Assembly (NCBI GenBank): GCA_964106915.2
Contig: OZ066915.1
DNA: 64,000 nt
Direction: 5' to 3' (one strand)
Source: Podarcis gaigeae
Taxonomy: Eukaryota
The translations under genes and the position numbers were made by a program. The notes under the pieces were generated by a model. It worked only from the letters and a program-made list of their open reading frames with translations, did no database searches and was not told where the DNA came from. Positions 25,001 to 37,000 of the stretch are shown piece by piece (the stretch's first letter is position 1; every line of letters begins with the position of its first letter).

Positions 25001-28000
25001 TGCACAATCTTTCCTAATTTTAATCTAAAATTATGCTTGACTGACAGGACATACTCAACGGATAATTTTAACACTTTTAAAAGCAGAAAATGTAGCACAT
25101 CATGACTTCATTAAATGGCAAGAATCTAGGGAGTTTGGAAGATCTAGCTATATCACACACAAATTATGATTCAGGTGCCAGAGGCTAAACAATATGTGAT
25201 TGGGGAAAAGAGAATCTCTACCTCCTACACCCTCTCTAACTCTAGCACCACAGTTTTTCATCCTTCTCTGCTTCAGTTTTATTCAAAACAGCTCCTGCGT
25301 TTCACCCTTCCCTTCTAAACAATTGATTTAATTTCTCTCTTTAAAAAAACAACCAAAAAAGCCTAGACAAGGCCACTGCTGTGGTTCTAGGGTGCCATTG
25401 AACTAAAAATTCCTGCATTCCAGCCTGACAGAAACATTCACCCCAGGCACCAGTGTAATTGAATCCCCTAGTCAGAGCCTATAATCAGAAATCCCACACA
25501 AGAGGATGAATACTGATTTGTTCTCAGCAGAAGACTTGACACCCCTCTTCAACTCCCCTGGATTTAATCACTGTTATGCAGATGATAGAGGAAACCAGAA
25601 TACAGAGAAGCATTTGCAGACGTGAAGGATGACCAGGTGCTAGAGATGGGCGGCGGGAGGAACCTTTGCCACCTCAGAACTGGTGGGAATGGGGAAACAT
25701 CAAATTTCTCTTACAGATTCCTCTATATACTCTGGGGTTCCCCCTTCTTATTATTCAAGTATTTATTTCATTCCATTTATGAATCACTAAAACAACTCAA
25801 AGCGATTTCACCATAGAAACCTAAACAAAAAAAAAAAACTATTTCATGTATGTCCTCAGCCTCTATCACCATGTGCTGTGCACCCCCACCATTCCTTAAG
25901 CCCAGGGCACAGGCAACATCTGAGTAGTCTAGAGCAGTCTTCCCCAGCCCTCTCAATGTCTTCTACACAATAAACCAATAAACACGGTGTGTCTGCATAG
26001 GCAGCATGGAGTCTCAGTCATGATGTAGAATTCCTGCTCTTTCAGGTAAACATACACATACACACAGTTTTCAGGTAAACATACACACAGTTTTGCTGCA
26101 AATAGGTTGGATAGCTGCAATTGCAGCCTCTCTTAACACTGCCCTTCTATCTGATGCACAAAGGTACAGGTGGTGCCCTTCCAGAACAACATATGCAACT
26201 ATGTATATTTAATGTAATTCCAAGCCACCTAAATCCTTGGTTTCAATTGGTGGTTGGGGACCATGACTAGGTTGTGGCCTGATCCAATGTGGGCTGAAAC
26301 AGCAGCAATACCGCCATGCAAATATATGGCACAAGAAAAAAAAAGGGGGGGAGAATTGGGTCTCCAAATGCATGTTTAGGTTAAAAGTGGGCTCCCTGGG
26401 TCGGAAACTACTGACCTAGATAACAGAGAAGCCTTAACAGCATGATGTAGGAACTCAGTATAATTGACTGCCATGCCATGATAGAGTAAGTCAGGATAGA
26501 GGCAGGCAGGCAAAATTGCACATGGGCACATCAATCTTACATCATTTGAAACTGCGATAACCTTTCTCTTTCAGAGGACAGTGTAACCTCTGTCTCTTCA
26601 CAATGATTTTAACTCCAAGTAGCTTTTCCTTAAGCAACCTGCTATGTAATACAGAGTTTCGATTAAAAAAATATTATTATTTTTAAGGCTGTAATGCAGT
26701 TTGGCCAATACGTTCTTCCACCTGGAGTTCAATCTGTTTTGGCTGTGCAGGTCTTTTACCCTCTTACCTCTCACAAATACATAGGTGCTGACTGCAGTGG
26801 TGCCCTCGATTTTGGCATTGATGTACTTGTAGTAACAGCGGTAGTAGCCCGTGTCGTTAGCCTGAGTCCCTGTCAGTGTCAAGACCTTGCAGTAGGGCTT
26901 TGTGTCAGTGCCCTCACAATCCTCTTCCTTGACTGTTTGGACACCGTCGAGACTCACCAACACCACTGAATCGCTCTCCTTCCCAATCTGGACGGTGTCC
27001 TCTTGGCCTCCAGGCCACGACCACTCCAGGGGGTGCTGCCCTCTTCACCAGAACAAAAGGAATAACGGAAGCAGAATTAGATGTGATACTATGGCCTTCT
27101 ATAATAGGTATGGCATTCTAAAATTCCTTTACTACTCCATTTCTAATGTCCACATTGCAAATTAAGGGATTCAGCTGCATTCCTCCTCTAATACAGAATC
27201 ATAGAATCCACAAGATGTGGATTGTAGCTAACATGTCGTATGTACGCTGCTTTCCAAGTCAGTGGTAGGAGCACACTGGATGAAGAGTAAATAGGAGGGT
27301 GTACACAGCCTAAGTGTGACAACTTCTCACCTGTGAAGAAAGCTTGACCCTTTCTATCTAGCACACTAAGCATGTAGAAGTGAGAAATATTTAGTGTATG
27401 ATTCTCAGCATTAATTATTATTTATTACTATAAAAACAGCATATATGGTTGTTGTTTTTTCCAAAAAGTGTCACAAATGTAATGCCACCATGGAGAGAAT
27501 TGCAGAGCTGCAAGATGTCTCATTGCTTTGCAAGCTTCTCCACACTCCAGCACTTCCAGGGTTAAGCCTGTCTCCCAACTTAGAGCTGGAGAAGGAGAGT
27601 GGGCCTGCCCTTGCAGCTGTACTGGACCCTGAAGGTGGGTGAGCATTCCCAAAGTACAGTGAGATGTCACAGGCAAGGCCCACTCATCATCTGAGAGGAA
27701 GAGGGAAAGTGGTGGTCACTACATTTGTCTGATTACGAAGGCTGACGGTCCTTGTGTCATCCAACTCACAGAAGTATCCCAGTTAAAGGCTCCCAGCTTC
27801 TAGAGATGCTGATAGTTTGGAAAACTGACAATCCACAACAGCAAAATTCCTCCAGGCACTTTTGCAAGGCAGGCCCATCCTGTTATTTCATGCCACTAAT
27901 TATATTTGGCTACTGCTTATCTCTGCTGGACTCTGTGTTTGTGTGTGTTCATATTCCCTCTTTTCTATTGTGGCAATTACAAGACTCCACTGTACAGTCA

Positions 28001-31000
28001 CATTATCAAACTGCAGATAGCAGAAGTTCACACTTCTGTCTGAATGCTGACTGATTAGGTACTTGCTTTTTCCATGTTGTACAAAGTAAGGCCTGGTAGT
28101 ACCAGCTTCTTATGCATCTCTTATTGGAGCTCAGCTGTCAGTTTCCATATGCTCTACTTCTCAGTTCTTGAATAAGAATTGCATGCATCTTTTATATCCT
28201 CTCTATAATGAAGCTGCCCAAGGCATGTTTATGTAGGAATTTGTTTTAAATCTTTTTGTTTAATCTAGGGATGCTTGTGAAGTTATCCTCATATGAATTT
28301 CTCCAGAGATTTTTCTCCAGGGTTCCAAATTACCTAATCATGTTGGCAGAGCTGCACTGATGAGTTAGTGATTAATTTTCTGGGGTTTTTTCCTGGACTT
28401 TCAATAGCTGTGCATTGTTACAGTTTTCACTTCAACATAACCCCCTGCCCTGTTTATTAGTTGAAACGTGCAGACACTGATGAAATCATACCACAAAAAG
28501 GAATCCTGATGTGATTACTTGAACACATCCAGATCCCTTTTTGCACTGTGGTTTTATCACTGCTCATATTCATAGTTGAAATCGCTATGCAAGTATACAA
28601 TCGCATCGAGACTCCTTTTCATGCTGTAGTATAATCAATGCACATGTAAGTTTCTTCACATCAATAACTAGCACAGGACAGGTTGGAGATAATACGGTAC
28701 CCCAAAGAGCACAGAAAACTGAACATGCTCAAGTTATGAAACTAATTTGTATAAATTCTCCAAGTAAAAGTGTGAGGCATGTGGAGTGGAATCAAGGTCA
28801 GGATGATAACAAAATAGAATGGGGAATATCCAGTCATTCTGGATTCAACGTTTGGACAGAAACTAGCAGTTGGTGCACTGTGCATATTCTACTGCTACTT
28901 AGTAAATGAAAACCAGTATCATATTACATGTGCAAACAGGCAAAAACTTCAGAGGTTTGCAAAGAAAGTTGGGATGGTTAAGGTAAATTTAAATGCTGCT
29001 CACAAGCAACAGCCAGAACATTCTTCTTTGAGTTACAGCATGGACAAACAAATCTATCTCCAATTCACCAGTGAAATCTGAGGAGAGCGTTTGCTTCATA
29101 CTCATTTAAAATAATTATGTTTTATTTCAGAAGTCTCCTACTGGCTGCTCCGAGCATCCTCCCAACCATGTTTTCCCCCACGGCCGACATGTTGCATATT
29201 TCTGCATTTCAACTCCCCCGGCTCTCACTAATGTGAACCATGTCCATTCAGGATGGTCTATGCTCCAGAGCAGAGACTCTGAGGCACAGCTGGGCAAGAT
29301 TAAAGATGTCTGAACAAGTAGGAATTTGATTCAAATTAAGCAGCTGTTGCAGGGAGAAGGTAGTGGAGATGACGGTACTAGGTAAGTAAGAATGATACGG
29401 TAAATCTCCTTCTTCGTGAAACCATTTCGCCCACAAGGCTATTTTCCCCATGTGCCCTACAGCTTGACATCATATACAACATTTAGATGTGGAGCAAGTA
29501 AAGAGATGCAGCTCCCTACTGAAAGCACTGTTTGCAGGCAGCACTGATCAACTGTGTCCACACACCCCTGAGCCATTGTCCTCGCTGTTTGCTTTCAAAT
29601 CACGCAGACAGAACAAGCAGGGTTTGCAGGGATCTTAGTCTGTGGGGTTGAGGCACCAGAGACTGAACTTGTACATGCAATGCATGAGCTCTACCACTGA
29701 GCTATGGCTCTTCCACATCATTGAAAGTTAATGAAAAATGCGGAAGCTGAACTTTGGGGGAGGTAAGTGTTGGTGGGCAAGATAGCCATGCTATTGATGA
29801 AGGATATGGGCCCCATTCTTTTCCAGTGATCTGTTGACAAGCTTTAAGTTGCATTGAATATGTGGTCTGGAAGCAGGAGATAGGAATACTTCCTTCCTGC
29901 TGTTTTCATCCTAGCATGAGGCGGGTTTCTGGTCATATCCCCCTTGGGATTTAAAGATGAGCTGGCTCAAAACAGAGTTAACTGCTATTTGGGAAGATTC
30001 CCTTGGACAACTCAAAGAACAGATCAGCCTCTTTGCTTTGGCAAGGGCATCTTTGCACATAAGAGTTCAGACTGGAAATAAGACACTTTCCTGCTCCCTG
30101 TAAGCCTCTGTCAGATAAATAAAGATATAACCTTAGCATAGTTGCTGCTCTGTCCTTGGGAGGAGGCAATGAAGGAGGGGTTTTACCCAACAGGCTTAGG
30201 ATAAGGGCATATGTGCAAAAAGGTAAGTGGGTACATAGTAGGTTGGAGATGTGCACTCAACCATACTATACTATGCTACATTTTTCAAGGTGCAGATCAG
30301 GGTTTCCTGGGGAAGAAAAGAACAGGGAACACAGGCTTTAGGTAGAAGGAATCTGTGAAAGTGTAGCTACATGACCACATTGCCTCTGCATGCTTGAACG
30401 GGCACTAATTTTTAGGTCCTGGTTGCATGGTTGCCTGCCACAGCAAAGACCTACAAACCTAATTCCTGTTCCTTCCAAGTAAACTGGTGGAAAGCATGCA
30501 ATACTAAGATGGGATTGCTCTTTGTCATGATTACACACTTTTGAAAGCCCTTTTCATTTCCAAAGCGAATTGCTATGTGGGCTGTTCAAGACTCTTTCAG
30601 CATGCAGAGTGAGTTGCAATGTTCTTTGGCACTCAGCCATTGATAATATATGCCCTCGAACTTGCTTTTGTTGTTGCTTTTTTGAATTTTGGAGCTCAGG
30701 TGAAAATAATACTAATTCCATGCATTTTCTTGAAAGCCTACTAAAATCCATTGGTCAAATATTACTATAAGCCCTCAAGTGTCTGTAATCAGTAAATGTG
30801 GAGGTTGTGATCATAATGTATAGTGTTCCCCCTGATTGTATAAATAGGCTATGATTGACAGTTCTTGGCTGCCCTGACCCAGTATTCCCCCATCACAAAT
30901 GGAGAGCCACAATTCTGTCCCAAGTATTCAAACCAGTCAACTTAAGTTCAGCTTTTCCATCAGTCCAGAAACCAGAAAGAGGTTTCCCACTGAGTGTCTT

Positions 31001-34000
31001 TGAAAGGTCTTTCAGAATCTTTGACACAACAGCTGGCAACTGTGAAAGGCACTGTTCTTTTAATCTTACCTGCAAGTAATATTCAGTGTGTCCTTAGCGT
31101 TGATCACGTATTCTTCTTCTGTGATGCTGAGTGTGGGTGGGGTCATAGAATAGCCACTCACTAGATCTAGGGAGAGAAAGAAACAAGTTCATAGTACAGA
31201 ACAACAGTCACTCATTATTATCTACTCTAGTAGTTCTATCAATCATCCATCATGGGCTAACTACGTTTGATATTTCAGGTTTGTCTAATTTTTTTCATTC
31301 ACTTTCATTCAATGTGTTTTTATATTGTTGTTTTATAGGTTTTAGGTTGTGTTTTTGTTTTTGTTTCAGTGTTGTAATTATACATTGTTCTTTTTTAGGG
31401 CTTATCCACACTAACCTTTGGCCAAACTGCGGGAGGCAGTAGAAGACAGGAGTGCTTGGCGTGCTCTGGTCCATGGGGTCACGAAGAGTCGGACACGACT
31501 AAATGACTAAACAACAACAACACACTTACCTTTGGCCATGCTATTTCCAGGCACAGGTCCACACTTAAAAGATCAGTGTCTGTGTGTTTTGTTTTTGTTT
31601 TTTGCCCCAAACTAGAGAAGGGACGGCTGGGGAAAAACCTGGAAAACCAGGTTTCCCCCCTGTTTTTTTCCAAACTGGGGGGGGGGGGACGGCTTTGGGC
31701 GGAAAAGGGAGGGACTGGTCCCCTCCCCCCAATTTTTCTTCCCCACCCCAGGCCTTCCCATCTCTACCCCAAACCTACTCTTTAGTGCTCAACTGGAGCA
31801 AATGTCCATTTGGATGGCCATTTGCTCTGACTGAGTTTTTAAGAGTGGGAGGGGGAAACGGCAGAGCAAAAAAAACACAACGGTGCTCAGACACAGAGCT
31901 TTAAAGCGCAGATTGTGTCTGGAAAGAGCAGCAGAAAGGTAAGTGTGGATAAGCCCTTAGGCTGCTCAAAACTTAAAGAGGTGGTTTTTTTTAAGTGTTT
32001 TATAAATAGAAAATAAATTAACGTTGGAGGAAACACTTAGTAGTAGTATATCAAGATTTGCTTCACGGGTTTCAGTCTACTGGTTACGGGTATCCTGCAA
32101 AAGCAGGAAAGATCTGTCACCTTAAATTCACACATTCTCTTTTACAAAAGGAGAAAATATCTGTAAGCACTTGAACTTATGTTGATTCATATCCCAGTAA
32201 CACTTTTGACTGCTACTTTAATGAATGAGTTAAGCAGTGCAATATCCCCTTACAGTATTACTAAATGATAAGAAATAAATCACACTTCGAACATCTATAT
32301 ACATGGTGCTTCATAAGTAAAACAGTATTTGTTTTTCAGAAACACCATGGCCAGAGGAACTTAAAATATTTGCATTCCTTGGCCGCTTCATCTTATATGC
32401 TTACAACAACAGTGGGATGCTGAGGGGGAGGGCAATCAGGAAGAGAAAGGGCATGCTCCCCCAGGCTAAATTAGAATCTGGGAAAGCAGGTAAGAGGAAT
32501 ACCAGGGAATCAGAAGAGAAAAAGCATTTGGGGAGCAATTTCCCACAGGCGGCTGAGAAACGTGCACGGCAGCACCCAGGTCATAAGAATGACCTGTCCA
32601 AAACCTAGTTTTGTGTAGACATCCTTGCTCTTTTTAATTGTTTTACACTTCCTTCCTGCCAAGAAGCCACACAGACTGTGGTCATTTGACTAGGTATATC
32701 TTTAGAAACTGGGCTGGCATCAGCAGTCTCGAGCTTCTATCTCTGCCGGACATGCTTGTCTCCCAACCATGCTTTTCCTGTAGTAGCGGCCGGAGTAATA
32801 GGAGTAATAATGGGAGCAACAGGAGCCACAGCAGCAATACAGAATGGCAGGATGGGGGTGGATCCGTCACATCCCACTCTCAAGTTTCTTATTGTGGCTT
32901 CCCCCCCTGCCCCACTTTGCTCACAAAATTTAGAACCATGATTTCTAAAGTGTGAAGAAACGTCCGGAAGGAAGGGTGGCGGTGGAGGGAACACGCATCA
33001 CCCTATTGCTAGGGTGGGCTATATTTTAGACAATGCTCAGATTCCCTCCATTTAGAAAACTTTACAGCAGTTGACAAGGACCCAGATGCAACAAGTGGAA
33101 GTTATAGCACCTCCACTGTTCATTTTCCACAGTGGGCATAGGTAGGTCCAGAGGGGCCAATGAATGGTCTGAAAGCACATGATGCTCGGCAGATCTGAGT
33201 CAGATCAGTGCTCTGATAGGTCAACCATCAGCCTTGGCATACAAGTACCTGGACACTTGTCAGATACATAGTTGTGCTGGTAACATAGCTACTACAGAGG
33301 CCTAGTCTTAGGTGGTGGACTACTTAGAGGTCAAAAGAGTAGAGAAAGCTTTGATCAGTGCATTCAGCTCAGTAAGTGTCCTTAAGCACCAGGAGCCAAT
33401 ACTTGTCATAGGTGGATGAGTTTCTGACTTCTAGTTTTCAGAGGTTCTTTCCCCTATGGAAAACGTTCACTGTGCAAAACCATCGAGGTAGCATCCTTCA
33501 TGGTGGCTTCCGAAAAAGCAAAACATGTAAAGTAAAGCAAGAATAGACCCTCAGTGGTGCACTTAGCACATGGCCACTCAGCAGCAACCAATGAACTGTA
33601 ATAAGAGAATAATGAGATGGAGAATCAGAGCAAGACTGAGCATCCATGTACATCACGCACAAGGCTGCATGTGAGTGTGTGAGGTGGAGAGATGAAAGAT
33701 AATGTAGATGGAGAAGACACTGGGCTGAGAGGTCTGTCCCTATATACATGCATTTTCCCACCACTAACCTTAAAGGAATCAGGGTCACGGTTACAAATTT
33801 TTATTGCCTTCTGCTTTTTGAAGTCCTTCTGGCTTTCATTTTCACCACGTTAGTCAAGAGGAAGGGCTTTTTTTTTTAATGGTTAACTTGTGTCTTTCAT
33901 TCCTCATATCATTCCTCAATTAAAGCCACACCCAAATCCAGCCCCTGACACTCCAATGGAGTTAGTGGCCTGAACTGTTAGGCCCTGAAGCTAAAAGCAT

Positions 34001-37000
34001 GAGGAACGCACTGCTCAGTTGAGCAAGCATAGTCTTGGCTCCTAGTATCTGGAGGCTTTGTTCTGTCTGCCAAGCTACACATCTAATTTTCAGTATTGTA
34101 GATCTTTGAGCTTTGTGAGCATTCTGACATGTGCACGCAACTCCTGCATTCACGTTTCCCACTTCATTTCAATGTGAAGATGACAATGGCCATGTGCAAT
34201 GAGGATATACATGGAGTATTACCCCTCTCACAGAAGTGCATGCAGAACACCACGTACATCAGAAACTCTCTTAGTGCAGACCCAGGTCATTGAGCCTGAG
34301 TTTCCGCAGCCACCACCTGCCATGAATTACTATGGGCAGGACTTGGCAGCAACAGCAGAAGATATGTTCTATGTTTATGATCATATTTTATTCTCTTGTT
34401 AATTATGATTATTTTATATTTGACTTCCTTTAGTAATGTTTTCTTTTGAAATGGTTAAGTTTCTGTGTGAACTTTCCTGTGCTAAATATGTTTTCTGTAG
34501 TTGACCTCCTTCACAATGTTTTATTTTGAAATCTTTAAAATGATATTTTAGCTTCCTGTTAATTATGTCACTTTTAATGTATATTTTATATTTGACTTTC
34601 TTTGGTAATGTTGATTCTGGATGGTTTTATTTGATGTTTTAATGTGTTGTAAACCGCTTTGAGATTTTTCTGTAAAAATATAAAGCAGTATAGAAATGAA
34701 ATGAAAAATAAATATTAATAACATATCCATATATCCAGAAGTAGATGGAGTGGGAAGTTGGCTGTGATGCAGTGTACATGAAACACCTCCCCAGTCTCTT
34801 CTCAGGCAAGGGTACATTTTGAGGTGCAGAATGGGGATTCAGTCCTTGTGAACATAAATAAATAATTCCCTCCATAGGAAAGCATGGGGTGCTCATGCAA
34901 AACATCTTTATGAACATGAACAAGTCTATGTGGCTTGAGCACATGTAATCCATGCTTGGTGGCTCACAAAACAAGATCCTTTCCTTGGACATGAAGATTC
35001 CTAGCTCAAGTCCTGCGTCCCTGACAATGAGATGGAATTGCAAATGGAAGATGGAAACCTGTTCTAAACTTGCAGTGCAGGATGAAATAAAACAGAATGG
35101 CTGAGTAGGAGTAAGGGAAGAGGTACAGTTAGAAAGGGTTAAGCATCCTTTTTCTCCCTGAAGCTATCACTTAACAAAACAGTTAGACTGAAAAGACACA
35201 AGGGGTGGGGAAAACTTTTGGATGTTGTACAAAAAATGTGTTCTGTGTTAATGAAAATAAATGAAAGCATTTTTGTGAAATCCCATGAAAATATAACCAT
35301 TTTGAAACAAAAATAATTCCGATCCGTCCTGAATACAAATCTTTATATCCAATTTACTGCTGGACATATCTGCCTCCAGTATAAATTCTGGGCTCCAGAT
35401 GGCTAGACACTATTGACACAGGAACAATTTCACTGTCCCTCAGTACATGTTTAGAGGTGTCCTGAGGAGAATCATAACAGGCATTGAAATCAGTGTACTA
35501 AGGACTTGAGGACACACTCCCCATTGAAGCAGGACATTATCACTATATAATGAGAGAACTCCTTGCCTCTAAAACATGGGTACCTGCAGCTGCATCCTAA
35601 ACAAACTTACTGAGATACAAGCCCCATTACTTCTGGGTAAACATACATAGGATTGCATTCAACATGTGTGTGTATTAGGGAGGTAATTGGTTCTGAAGGA
35701 TGACAGCTCTAAGTGTCGTGGGTTAAGTACCCTCTAGAAACCTATGTGAAATATCTTGCTTTCTCATATTTAAGGCACAACACCATCTTGCTTTGCACAC
35801 TAAACCCTTCTCTATGCTTCCACAAATTTTGCTGCTGGGGATTCTTTGTTGGTGCTCTCAAAGAGCGGAGCTACATCAGCAGGAAGATGGGTAAACAGCA
35901 GATGTAACTGTGTCACTCATGGGTCTCTTGCGAAACAGCTCTCCTCCTTACGAATGCTGGGATTTATTTATTTATCTAACACATTGTTAGAAACAATGTC
36001 CCTGCCAGCAACTAACCCATGTTGCTTCCTTTAGGTAAAGGCAAAACACGCAAACAATGGTTGGGACAGAGATAGGTGCTCCTCTGTTCTGCTCATGAGA
36101 ACTGATCAGAGGGCTGGGCACAAATATTGTCCCGTGGAACTGGGTGGAGGATACAAGGAAGGATGCAAAATAACAAAAACCGAAGACACCTCTCTTAGCT
36201 TTATGACCTGTTAGGCAACAGCACTATACTAGGGTTGCAGGGGGTGGGAGGGGGGAGAGAAAGAAAATGTACGGTCTGTGCAGGTTTAGGTTCTGGGATT
36301 CCTCCAGATGTATCCTGTCAGAGGCTCTCCACAAGTACAACAGGAAAAGGAACAAACTATCCTTTGGAATACACCATAAACTGCATTTATTGTACTTGGG
36401 GGGGGTGGAATGCGGGAAACATAGGATGACAGTAGTATTGACCAGTCATCTTGGAACCCCCCTCCTATCAATGTGTCCTACATTCCTTGATTCATCTTTT
36501 GTTCCCTTTTAACTGCTGTCCCTTGCCATAGTAAAAAGGAGCTTTCAAAATAAGTTAGTGACAATCGTTATTGCTGCTCTAGGTACATTGCCTTTGAAAT
36601 AATCTGGAAATGCACATGTTATAAGTAAGGCTTGTTATTCTGATTCCACATCTGGATGGTTGGCCCTGTTCTTGAGCATCCTGGCATCTCATTCTTAAGT
36701 AATGAGCTTGCGTGTTTTATCTTCTCCCCCCCTCCCATGCTTGGCTTTAAATAAGACTTCCTGGTTTGTTAAGCCATGGTTTACCATGATGTCAACCTGG
36801 GAAACTGATTTAAGTGCTCCCTTCAGATCAGGATAAGTTTCTGAATTCAGACATCACAGGAAACTATGTCTTAACAAACCAAGAAAGTTCTTCTGCAGCT
36901 AAACATACAAGAAGAAGACGAAGGAAGGTTTCAGAGCAGGGAGTGGTGGAGCTTTTCACTCATTCCTACACCAGTGAATCATGGTTTCTTGGGCTGTAAA

